From positions 620,001-684,000 of the forward strand of contig OY253680.1 of NCBI GenBank assembly GCA_958009085.1: a stretch of DNA of 64,000 bases, in the 5' to 3' direction. Source of the DNA: Protoeuglena noctilucae (lineage: Eukaryota). The position numbers and the translations under genes were made by a program. The notes under the pieces are model-generated. The model saw only the letters and a program-made list of their open reading frames with translations. It was not told where the DNA came from and made no database searches. Below, piece by piece: positions 14,401-26,860 of the stretch; positions within the stretch are counted from its first letter, which is position 1, and every line of letters starts with the position of its first letter.

Positions 14401-17400
14401 CATTGCGTCGCTGCGCTTGCATTGCCACCGTGAGTGCTACCCCCACCCTCACTGCCAACTTCACTGCACTGCCATCCCTCTACACCCACCACTGCACCCC
14501 CACCCACCCCCCCCCCCCCCCCCCACTACCATCCCCCACCCTCACCCCCACCCCCCCGCAGACGGGCGGCACCCTCACCCCCCCCACCTCCGATGCCGCG
14601 GCCACGATGGCATTCGGCACATCGATAGCGCTGTCCATGGACGGCAACTGGCTGGCCGTGGGGGCGCCATTCGACACGGTGAGGGAATGCGAATTGTTAA
14701 GTATAGGCAAAGACACTCGCATGGTCTCTGCAGCTGTGACCAACCCCACCCAACCACCACAAACCACCCCCCCACCCCACTCCCAACACCCCCACTCCCC
14801 CAGACCGCCCCCACCCCCCAGCCCGGCAGCGTGTACGTCTACCGCCGCAACCCCAGCACCAACGGCTTCAGCCTTCAGCAGTCCATCACAGGCGCCTCCC
14901 TCAACCTCAGCAACGGCTCCCGATTTGGCGCATCGGTCTCTATCGATGCATCGGGCACGTCTCTGTTGATCGGGTGTCCCTTGTGTTCGCCCAATGACGT
15001 GTCGCATGCGGGGGCGGCGTATTGGTTCAAGAGGAGGCCCAGCCCCAGCAGCACGGCGGTCACGCTGTTCAAACAGGCGAGGGGTTGGGGGGTTTGGGTG
15101 TGGGTGTGGGTGTGGTGGGCATGAGTGAGGGGTGTGATGGGCAAGTGCGGTGCTGCTTTACACATGCCTATCCATAATAGACCAAACCAAAACCAACTTA
15201 TAAACATACTTAATACCACTCCCTGCCCACCCCCCCTCACAGGTCACTGCTGACTTCAGCTCCACCCCCTCCACCCCCTACCTGACGGAGTTCGGGGGCC
15301 CCACCCAGGACAACCAATTCGGCATCATGGTCAAGCTGGACCGATACTCGGGGAGCATGGTGAGGGACGTATGTGGTGATTATGTTAGTGATGATAGTAC
15401 TGGTGATGGATGTATGGTGAAGCTGGACAGATACTTGGGGAGTATGGTGAGGGACAGAGTGGATGATATGCTGATGATAGAAGTCATACCTGAGCTCTCA
15501 CCAACCCACCCTACCCCACCCCACCCCACCCCCGCTCCCACCACCTGCCACTCCCTCACCCCACCCCACCCCTTCTCTCATCACTCTCAGTACCTTCAAT
15601 TTCGCCCCACTCACCAACCCCTCCCACCCTACCCCACTTCCCCCCCCTTCACAACCCCAGACCGGCGTCAGCAGCCGCGGCCCCGCCGTCAGCCAGGGCA
15701 AGAACTTCCTTGGCTCAGTCGGGTTCTACAAGCTACCCGGACAGACAGGAGTGGAGTTACAATCGCTGGATCTCGATTACACGGGGAATGGGGCCCAATC
15801 GGTGTCTCAGGTGGCCATGTCAGACACGCATGCCTGCGCGCTGATGGCGGACGGGAAGGTGGTGTGCTGGGGGAGCAACACTGCAGGGGCGCTGGGGTGA
15901 GTGGTGCTCTCTATATGAGTGATTGGGGTAGTGGTAGTGGTAGTGGTGATTGTGACTGTGATGGTAGTGATTGACAGGTGGTGTGCTGGGGGAGCAACGT
16001 GGCGGGGGCGCTGGGGTGAGTGAGTGGGATTGGGTGGTGGTGTTGATGATAGCGGTAGTGGTGGTGATGGTGGTGAGAGGTGGTGTGCTGGCTCGTCATC
16101 GTCCATCCTCACTTGCCTTTATACACTTATCCCCACCCCATCACCAACCCCATATCTCCCCCCCCCCCTATCTACAGCCGTGAGGACCAACCGGAGTCGT
16201 ACCTCTCTGGCGACACCCTCTCCGGCACCGGCCTCACCCTCTTGCCCATCTCCATGCCCGCCAACATCCCCGCCAAGTCCATCGCCGTCGGATACCACCA
16301 GACGTGTTTCATACAGCTGCTGTCAAACTGGCTGTACTGCTGGGGCCTGGATATGAACATCGACCGGGCTGCCACGCGGCTGCCCGTGGGCTACCAGGGC
16401 GCGGCCGGCGGTCTTTTATCGAATCTGACGAGTATCGATCTCGGGTCGGGCGCCAAGGTGCAGGCGGTGGGGACCTACAGGGCCACGTGCGCGGTCGTGA
16501 CGAGGTGAGCAGGGGTGGGGGGCTGGTAGTTAGTACAGGGGTATGGCCGTATCGGGTGCTGAATAACTGACAGACATTGGGACTGAGTGTTACAGGGCCA
16601 CGTGCGCGGTCGTGACGAGGTGAGGGGTGGGGTGGGGGTGGGGTGTAGTGTACAGAAGGTGGGTCGTGATAGTGACAGTGACAGTAATCATAAGACAAGA
16701 TAAGACAACAATATAACATCTTTATAACACCCATCCTTCCTCACAAAAATCTGAGCGTGAGCCCCGTGCTGGTCTGCTGGGGCCATTACAGTAGTAGAAA
16801 TAGTAACAGTGACAATAAGATAATAACAAGCCATTCTTAATTACCCAATCCCCTCTTTCTTTCAGGAACCTCAGCGTCGGCCCCGTGCTGGTCTGCTGGG
16901 GCCCGGCGGGCACCCCCCACGGCGGCGACACAGCATCCGCTCTGACACAGGTCTCTGGCATGCAGAGCCTGACGCTGGGGTCTGGCAACGGCACGACGTT
17001 CGTGAGCGTGTCGATGGGAAGCCAGCACGCTTGTGCTGTTGCCGCGGATTACACGGTGCGGTGTTGGGGGCTGGACCAGTATGGGTCGCTGGGGTACAAT
17101 GGGGCGGTGGAGAGCATCGGGAACAAGGCAAGTGGGTGATAGGATGAAAGGTTAACTAGTGTAATAGGATCAGTATATTATATTTATATTGATCTTAGTA
17201 GTGATATTTGGTGCTTACCATGTCGTGTCTCGCTACCAACACCCCACCACACAGTTAGCACCCCCCCTCCCCTACCCCTTACCTCAGAACACTTTCCTCG
17301 GCGATTCTGCGGGCGAAATGGCCACCGCAAACGCCATTAAGTACAAACCCCCACCGCCACCCCCGCCGCCACCCTCCCCACCCCCCAGCCCACCCCCACC

Positions 17401-20400
17401 ACCGTCGCCCCCACCCCCGCCCTCACCCCCACCTTCCCCGCCACCCTCACCGCCCCCACCAGCCCCACCGCCGCCCCGCGATGGGACTGGGACGTGGATG
17501 GTGGGGCCTGATTGTGGGGGTATCAAGAAGATTACATATGGCACGCTGGCGTCTTGGATTGAGCCCTATAGCGGCACCAAGGCATCAATCACCAATGACC
17601 TCACCGTCGACCTCAGCGTGAGTAGTAACTAACATGGGGTGGGGATGTATGGACACAAATGGAGATAGTTATAGTGATAATATAAATACAATAAGTACAA
17701 TAAGTGAGAGTAATAACAGTAATAGCACCGCAACAATCCCCACTCTCCCCCCATCTCCCCAGCCCGTCACTTCCTGTGATGTCGAGCCCCACATGTTCGG
17801 CCCCTCGATGCTGCTCGTGATGACCAGCAGTGTCCGACTGCCAGACGAGGACGTGCCAGTGGACCTGTTTCGCACCGACATGTGCCAGATCAACGACGCG
17901 ATCAACGTGGATCGATTCAAAGTGCATTTGAACGTCACGTTCGATCGGGGGGTGGCGGGGACGGCCAGCGTCAGGCGAGGGATGGGGGGGTGAAGTGCCT
18001 GGGTGGATGTTGCATAGCGGAGAGTCGATGGAATGTGATGCAGTTATACTATAGTACTATAATACTATCTCACCCACTCGCAGCGTGGACGGCGGCAACG
18101 ATTGGTACAAGCGCAACACGCTTAGCATGCTTAACACTTTAACCATATCGTATAATGTCCCATCCGTCTCCGCAGCGTGGACGGCGGCAATGATTGGTAC
18201 AAGCGCAACATGCGCAACCCCCGCAACGTGCTCCCCACCCGCCCCTCCAACACCTATCGATTCGCCATCGATTTCCAGGGCCCGCCCGTGCGACTGGAGT
18301 TCCCCTATTCCCGCAACTTCAACTGCGACCGCGGGCTGACGTTCACGGTGAATTGGACCGAGCCAGTCACGCTGGTGAGGGGGTAGGGGGGGGGTTGGGT
18401 GGGAATGTGGGTGGAGTGAAGGGGAGAGTGATGGAGAGTGAAGGTGAGAGTGGGGGTGGGGTAAAGAGTGATGGTGTGAGAGAGGATGACAGCCACGACA
18501 GTCGTTCTCACTTATAAATATCGTAGATTAGTATCGTATATACTATCCTCACTGTATCCCCCTCACCTCACCCACCCCCAGGCCAAGAGTGACATCCCAG
18601 GCGTGGTGTTCTCTTACCCAGACACCGACAGCAACAACAACAACACGACAAGCACCAACAATGCCACTCCATCACCAACACCATCGCAATCGCCATCACC
18701 ATCATCAACATCCACGCCATCACTCAACAACGCCACCCCCCCTCCCACCCCTACTCCCACCCCCACTGCTACCCCCACCGCCACCCCCGGCGTCCCTCTC
18801 CCCACCGACGTCCCCCCCACCCTCAGCAACGGCCTGCAACTCTCCCTGCAAGCCTACGACCCCTATTCTGGCATCGCCACGTTCTTCGCCAGTGCCCCTG
18901 GGCCGGGGTTCTATTTCATCCACGTGGCGGGCACCCGTGCTCCTAGACAGGGTGAAGACCCCAGTCAGAGAGTGGCGTTTACGGACTTATACGGGAATAA
19001 CGCCCAAGAGACGACGGAACTGGTGCAGTGTTACGTTCCCAGTTTGCTGGAAACGGGGGCGGCGGCAGCGGTGGCGCGGGGTGCGATCGTGGGGGCTGGG
19101 CTGGCGTTGGTTGGCACAACGATGGGAGCGGCGGCGTCGGTGGTTGGGGTGGCGCCCGGGGCGGGGGTGGGGGTGTCCGGTGCGGCTGCGGTGGGGATGG
19201 TGAACGCGCTGCAGGTGCTGGGGATGACGGCGACGCTCATGCCCGACAACCTGTCGCCGCAGCCCAGGGAGATTGCCGTGGTGAGGGGTGTGGTGGGGTG
19301 GGGGTGAAATGGGGAGTGGTGCTGAGTAAAGCCGATAATGGAAAGAGCTGCTTGGGCGCGGCTGACGTCACTGTACCACTGACCTGCACCAGTCATCGTT
19401 ACTTAGTCTAGTTATCATCAATCACCATCTATATGTCCACCCACCCCCCGCAGGCCATGGCGGGCACCTTCAACCTCGAGTACCCCGCGCCCTTTGGACT
19501 GGAGACGCAACTCACAAGGGGGCAGACCAACGTACTGCCAGTGGCAACAGATCAACTGCCTGATACAAACACAGGCACGGGAACAGCCACAAGCACTCCT
19601 GCTACCACTGCTACCCCCACTGCCACTGCTACCGCTGCCCCCACTGCAACCCCCACTGCCACCCCCGCTGCCAACCCCGCTGCCACCCCCGCTGCCACCC
19701 CCACTGCCACCCCCACGGCAAAGCGATCATTGTCTGGTGCGCTGAACCGCCCTCTGTCGCCTGCGGCCGTCTTCGACATCTACGGGCATCCGTTGGACAG
19801 GCCTGGGATGTCGAATGACGCAGGTGGCGATATGGACAGCGATGGCAGTGGTGGGGGCAGCAGTGATGGGAGCAGCAGCAGTGACGGTGGCAGCCGTGGC
19901 AGTCACAGCGACGGTCGCTGGCACAGCCGGGATGGAAGCAGTGCTAATGATGGCATCGACGATAACTATGATAACTATCACTGTGATCACTGTGACGACG
20001 AGCATCACCCTCACCACCACTCCTCATCGCCCTCCCACTCCCCCTCCCACGCCCGCCGCCTGTTCGCATCGCAAGTGGTCGACGCCTTAACAAAAGAGAA
20101 CGCCCTCCCACCCAACATGTCCATTTCCACCGCCCACCGCCTCGCCTACGACCTTACTGAGGCCGATTGGGCGTAAGTACAGTCCAGTCTGACGGAGCGC
20201 CGCGCCAGAAAACTGCTGGGCAACCCGGTTTCGGCGTGGAACAGCGTGCAGGGGAGCATGTCCGGGACGTTGCAGGGTCGATTCTCGGCGGGTCCCTACA
20301 CGTACGTTTTGAGGAAGCTCTTCTGGGTGGCCTTCACGCTGGGGCTCATCGCCGTGCCGCACGGGGCGGTCATGTTCGTGTACCTGGTGAGTGGGGGTGT

Positions 20401-23400
20401 GTGGGGTGGTAGATAGGGTCATGTTCGTGTACCTGGTGAGTGTTGGGGGTGTTGGGTGGGGGTGAGGGTGAGGGCCTAGCGCCGCCGCATGGCCCCCATG
20501 CCCACTGCATGCACGTCCCATATCACACTCCCCCCATCTAAGTGACTCACCCATGATCTATATCTTACCCACCCCATCTCCCCATTTCCCCCCAGGTCAT
20601 CCTCAAGCGCCCCCGCATGCCCCCCATGCTCGCCTTCCCCCGCCCGGAGATCTTCGTGCTGCAGATGACGCTGCCCGTGTCCATGCAGTGCGTCGCAAGC
20701 CTGTTCGCCATGCACCGCTGGCAGCCCATCGTGGTGAGTGTGCTGAATCTCAAGCGTCACACAGGTGTCAAAGTCGATTTCGTCGCACTGTCGACCTTAG
20801 TAGCACTTCATAACAACTACGAGTATAACACATAGTTCAATGATATCACTTTCACTTTTCCACTCATGCAGTACGGCGTGTTGCTTCTGCTGGCCATCCC
20901 CCTCCCCATCGTGGCCGGGGTCGTCAAGGCCGTCTGGGACACGCAGGCAAGTGCGATTGGGTGGAATGACTGTTAGTATTTTAATTCAAAAGTATATTTA
21001 TGATAAAATTTATAATTTTTTTATTATAAAAAAACATGCGTTTCATGCATTTTATTGTTACCATAATTACAATAATTTTAAACCACCATGACCTTCCCCC
21101 CCTTATCAATCCCTCCCCAGGTGAAGGTCCACGCGGTGGACCGCAAGTTCTACTATCTCGTGGATCGTTTGAAACTCCGGGAGGCTGCATTGCGCCGTCG
21201 TTGGTACACGGCATGGCTGGGGCCGTTCCGGGGACTGCCCCGGGGCGAGTGGGTGGCATCCGACGAAAGCGGGGAGCGATATTTGGCTAGATGGGGCCAA
21301 TTATTCGACAATTTGATTGGTCCCTTGGTGGTGAGGGTGGGCGACGACTATCGCTTTTTACCTTCGTTGTCGAGGTTCAATCGGGGGACGCTGGTGCCGT
21401 TCATTCCCGGGAAGTACAAGGACGCCAGGGATGTGCTGGAGAGGAGGAGGGCCAGGTGGATCATGAGCGGTGAGATGAGGGGTGGGGGGGGTGGGGTAGA
21501 GTGCATGATATGATGAGCGGTGAGGGGGATGGGGGCCGATGGATCGCGAGAGGTGTGGGTGGAGAGAGGATCAGGGTCAGGACTGTGGTTGATCTGCTAA
21601 TGCACCCACTCTCACCCTCACTGCCACCCCCACCCATTCACCCCCACCCCCACCCCACCCCCACCCTCACCCATTCACCCCCGCCCCCGCCCCCACTCCC
21701 ACCCCCCAGGCTACCTCCGCGTGCTGATGGTGTCCGTCCAAGCTCTGCTGACTTTCGGCCTGGTGCTGGCATTGGCGGTCATCCCCACCACCACCTCCAC
21801 CGCTGTCAGCCAATCGACGGGAATGACCGTGGTACAAGCGATACTGACTTGGGTGTTGATGACGGTGCACCCATATATCAAACTGGGCGATCAGGCGTCC
21901 TTTGCGCTTGGCGCGGTGTCAGCGGGTTTCACCTATCTGCTACTGATCGCGGCGAATGGGGTGGCTGCCAGTGCAAACGCGAAATACCGAATGGCGGCGG
22001 GGCTGGTGCTGGGCAGGCTGCTGCTGTTCACCATATTCCTGGGCGTGGCGGTGTTCGCCTTCTCTCAGCTGTGGAGCGTGTGGTCGTTTATAGCGTGGAT
22101 CAGGCGAGTTGATTGGGTATTTGGGTATTTGGTGGGGGGTGTAATGATAATAGTAATTATATTTACTTTACTTATTATATTTACTTTACTTGATTCTTTA
22201 CTATTGTAAAATGATCAGTGAATAGAGACTGTTGCTAACATACATACATGTTTCATAACATACATGTTTCATCTCCTCGCAGGGACATGGTCAATGACCT
22301 TTTAGAGTCGCGGGGCAGGAAGAAGCACTTTGAGACCACGGCAGACCAGGCGGCACTCGAGGTAAGTTATATAATATGTGAAATATAATATAATATAAAT
22401 ATAAATATAAAAACCAAATTACTTGCAGGTGCGCCAGGGCATGTTGGCGAAGAAGTACGCCAACCGTTGGATGTTCTACGCGCTCCATCGCCCCCTGCAC
22501 GGCTGGCCGCGATTGGACGAGCCGACCGCTGCGGAGCGGAAGGAGTTGCGGAGACTGGCGTTGCGGGTCGCCAGAGAGCACGACGATTTCGTGGAATTGG
22601 ACTGGCTCAGCCGCATACGGGAGGGAGGGGCGGAGGCGACACGGAAGGTTGGGGGGGGGGGGTAGTGGGGGGGGGGGGGGGGGTGTTAATGAGTGGGGTA
22701 GAAGAGGGGGGTTGGGATGCATAGCATCAACGAGTGCCCTGGTTTACCATCTCACCTTCTCTCACGCCTGCTCACCACACCTCCGTCGTTCCGCCCCACA
22801 ACACCACCCCAGCCCACATCCACCTATCAAACCCCACACCCTCAACACTCCACCTTACCCCTCACCATCCCCCAGGCCGCCCGCGAGAGGCGCCTGCAGA
22901 AGAAGAAAGTGGTGGGCGGCGATGACGACGGGAATGGTGGACTGGCGCTGGATGATGCGCTGCGCAGGCAGGACGACCACGTGAAGAGGGCCAGGGAGAC
23001 GTACGGGTACCGGTGAGAGTGGGGGTGGTTGAATGGTAGTAGTTATGGTGATTGTTATAGTGAATAGTGGTAGTGGTAGTGAATAGTGGTAGTGGTAGTG
23101 AAGAGGGCCAGGGAGACGTACGGGTACCGGTGAGAGTGGGGGTGGTTAAATGGTACTGGTAGTGGTGGTGGTGGTGGTAAGGAAGACAGCGTGCGATGGC
23201 CACCCCACCCCTCTCACCCACCCCTCTCAACCCCACCCCTCTCACCCACCCCTCTCAACCCCACCCCTCTCACCCACCCCACTCACCCCACTCACCCCTC
23301 TCAACCCCACCCCTCTCACCCACCCCACTCACCCCACTCACCCCTCTCAACCCCACCCCTCTCACCCACCCCTCTCACCCCACCCACTCCCCCACACCCA

Positions 23401-24218
23401 ACCCACCCCACTCCCCACTCCCCCCCCCAGCCTTGGCCGCCGCGCTGCCAATTTCCTCATGGGCCGGGGATTCCAGGCCAACGACGCCCAGGGACAGCAA
23501 CGTGCTGCGGACATGAGGAGACTCGACACGGTTCGTGCTGTGAGGGGGTACGTGGATGTGGAGGAGGGGGGGCTACCCTACGACGTGGAGAGGGGGCAGG
23601 TGAGGGGATGTAGGGGTATGTAGGTGCAGAGATTACAGAGAGGTTTTAGATTTTATCGGATGCAATGGGTTGTTAAGCATCTGTTTGCTACCATGCAACC
23701 CCTCTCTCCTCTCACCCCCCTCACCCCACACCCTCACCCCTCACCCTCACGCGCAGCCCCGCATCCCCGGCCCCACCAGCGAGCTGGCGGGTGGCAACTG
23801 GATGCTCGACCGCTTTTTGTTTGGAGATGGGAGGGCGAGTGGTGATGCGACATCGACCATCAAACAGAAGAGCGGGGTGGGTGCAGGGCCGGGCAGTGGC
23901 ACGCGCACTGGGCTGGGCGGGAGTGCAAATGGGGAGGGGGCGGAGGAGTTGGGGAGTGGGGAGGGGTGGAAGTGGTGGTGGTGGGGGCAGGGGGCGGGGG
24001 GGGCGGGGGAGGTGGGGAGTGTGGAGGTGGAGGGTGGGGATGATGAGCGGGAGAGGGAGGGGGAGAGTGAGGGGGAGGAGGGGGGTGGGAGAACGTGGGG
24101 GTGGTGGGGGAGGCGGGGTGAGAGGAGAGGGGGTGGGGAGGGAAGAGGGGGTGGGGAGGGGGAGGGGGGTGAGGGGGCGGGGCGGGCCGTTGCAAATCGT
24201 AAGAGGAAGGTGCGGTGA
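11415..24218 (+). CDS. Very large secreted/membrane receptor-like protein: signal peptide, RCC1/BLIP-II-like repeats, FG-GAP propeller repeats, SPn Pro-rich linker, TP-rich stalks, multi-pass TRP-like TM region, cytosolic tail (~25 exons)
   Basis: Signal MRGRGR..VALALAALVLAALCCFSAEA. RCC1-type TCVMDNFAGTTKCWGN, SCALMTDGTIQCFGSNSFGALG, HACALMADGKVVCWGSN, HACAVAADYTVRCWG. FG-GAP AFGSSVAISADG, AFGTSIALSMDGNWLAVGAPF, RFGASVSIDASGTSLLIGCP. PPPPSPPPSPPP at 17350-17478. Hydrophobic helices at 19060-19250, 20320-20390, 20600-20940, 21710-22100. Confidence 0.8.
23201..23425. repeat. C/A-rich intronic minisatellite (units like CCCCACCCCTCTCACCCACCCCTCTCAA)
   Basis: Tandem iteration is directly visible just upstream of the acceptor at ~23430. 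Confidence 0.85.
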
Positions 24219-24503
24219 GGGGTCAAGTGGTGCGACATGCGACTATGACGACCGTGATGCGCTTAAGTGACAGTGTAGGACAGTGTAGGCTTTTTCGGGC
24301 CAGCTGGTGGCGGGATTCGAACCTGACAGCAGCCATCTTAGATAGGGTAACAATAATAACCGCGTGCTGCATCTTCCTAGCTAGTTCCTGCCTAGCGTCA
24401 CTTTGAAGGACATGCCTGTCCTTCACTTGGGTGTTCCCATTCAACATAACACAATGCAATACATCCGTACCTGTCACCTCAATCACACGCTCATGATCAT
24501 CTA

Positions 24504-26563
24504 CTAAGGCTCGTCGTCCCCCAGCAGCCCCGCCGTGGCCAGGGGAATGGCCCCCAGCCGCAGCGGCGCCTCGGCGCGGATCTGCGAAACCCATTCCGAC
24601 ACGGGCAGCACTGGCAGACGCACCGTCAGAAACCACCCCGGCGCGCCCTTGCCCTTTGTTTTCGCAGCATCTTTTAAATTCGATTCCGATTTCCCGCTCG
24701 TCGACTCCCCCCCCATCTCCACCACGGCAGTGGCCCCCTTCCCATCCGCCGCCAGGGGCAGCTGCAGCACCACCCGGGGCTGGCCCGGCAGCGTCACTGC
24801 GCAGCACGAAACGAGGAGCGTGAAGCACGTTACATGTCAACGCAGTTTTGAAAGAATCCACGGGGCACACACAGACCGCAACAATCTATCTCCCTGCATG
24901 CCACAGCCAACCAATGCCACCCCAGTTTGCGCCCTTGCCCCTCACCCGTGAGCCTCTCCCCCGACACCAACACCTCCGCCGCCCCCGCGACCCGCTCCTC
25001 CTCCCCAGCCCTGCACTGCAGCCCCACACGCACCACCATCGCCTCCACCGGGCGACCCTCAAACGACACCTCCGCGCCCGCAGGGCCCTCCCGCGCGTCG
25101 CCGTTAGATGTTATCGACGCTGCGGACGCCGCCCCGCTTTGCTCCTGAGCAGTTACGCCACCCTTTAGACCCGCCACTGCAGTTGCTTGCGTTCCCGAGC
25201 CCGCCGCCCTGCTTGCAGCCGGGCGCTGCGGCATGGGGGCTCCCGGCTTGCGTGGCTCCACCAGTAGCGGAAACTCTGGCTCGTCTGGCACGTCCTGCAT
25301 GGGGCATGAGGGTGATCGGGAAATGAGTGGCGAGGTACCTAGGGACCCAGGTCAGCAGCCAAACTCTGAGTCAGTCTCTCCATCCAGCGCAGTCACGCGC
25401 TGCGAGCGTTGCTTGCTTGCTTTCGCCGCTACTGATGTAGCAGGGAGCGTGCAGCGCCGCGCAAGTAGAGCGTAACAAACAGAGCTGCGTTCCCCAGGGT
25501 GGCACATTGGAATGCGCGTTGCGTCCTCGCCTGCACCTCCAGGACCACCGGCTTCTTGTCCACGCGCATGCGCTGCGCCTCCACTCGCGCTCCCTTGTAC
25601 TGGATCTTCGGGAGCTTGAACTTCGGATCCAGCTGCAGCTTGTGCTTGCTGCCCGCCCACCCTAGCACCAGCTCCACGACGAACTGCTTCAGCCGCCGAT
25701 TGCGCGCGGCCTCGCGGGCAATCTCCAGGTTGAAGACGCAGTCCGTCACGAAGCAGGGGTCCCCGCGCTGCGCGGGAAGAGACGCTTCGGTTGGCTTCGC
25801 ATTTATCGCCCCATGCGTCGCTTAGAACGCCATCAGGCGCGAGATGCAATGCGCAACGGATAGTTACATGTATGCACGAGATCCTCCCGCCGTTCCGGGA
25901 CGCATGCGATGATCTCCGCACCTTGTCCAGGTCCCTCCGCAGCGGGCCCATCGAGATGGGGAAGCGCAGGACCTCTGCGGCCGCGTCGTCGTCCGATTGC
26001 TGCGCGAGCGCTTCCTCCACCTCCTTCGGCACCCCGCCCTTCCAGTTGCCCGCCGCGGGCACGTGCTCGGACCCGCACACGTTGATGAAGACCTTGCGGC
26101 CCGTCTCGTCGACCGTCTTGACGACAAAGCTCGGCTCCGGCACCACGTCCACCCCATCCGCATCCTGCATATGTCGAGAACAAACGTCGCGAGGCGACGG
26201 GACCCGCGCAAAGCCAGCCAGGGCTGCGAGAGACTGCGTCCTGTTTTGGTTCGTCCCCGCTGCGCACCTGCTGCCCCGGCTGGCCTCCGGGGGCCGCCTT
26301 GATCTTCTTCACCATGTCGCGGAGATCTTGTGGCACGTCTGGGTCGTCAAATGATCCTCCCGCGGCCTCGTACGTCTGCGAGAAGCTAGCGAGAAGGGGC
26401 GCTAATCGTGGAGACTACGCGAGAGACCAAGCGAGGGCCCCTCTTCGCCCCAGCGAGGGCCAGGTCAACTTACCTGAATCATTTTCAGGATCTCCTCCGG
26501 CGACGGCGCCCCCGCCGCGCCGAAGGGCCCCATGCCTCCGCCTGCCGCATCCCCGCCAAACAT
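24504..26563 (-). CDS. PIH1 domain-containing protein (R2TP / axonemal dynein preassembly family)
   Basis: VVPEPSFVVKT..GRKVFINVCGS, RFPISMGPLRRDLDK.GDPCFVTDCVFN, FKLPKIQYKG, and a C-terminal CS-like LTVTLPG..LQLPL..LTVRLPV. 6 exons. Confidence 0.85.
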
Positions 26564-26860
26564 ATCTACGAGATGCCGCTGTGATTTCGGACCACCTGTG
26601 CCCCCACTGAGAAACCGAGATGTGGAAAAGCGCAACCCTGCCCGCGCTTCGGGGATGAAGAGCGCAGGAAATCTGCCACCATGGTGCGCCAGTGCAGCAC
26701 CTGATCCGTTGTGGCAGCGATGATCATTTGCTGGCGTTCATTGGATGCCCTGCGTCATGCACAGCGTCTGTAGAGGGCCAAGTTGACGGCAGAGACTGCG
26801 CTCCCTACCTCCGCTAATCGTGCTGCGGGGCCCGTGCTGCACTGAGCAGGCCCTTGCTTG

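Noticed and set aside
23201..23425. Possible interstitial telomeric repeat
   Set aside because: No CCCTAA/CCCTAAA units; it is a C-rich intronic minisatellite.
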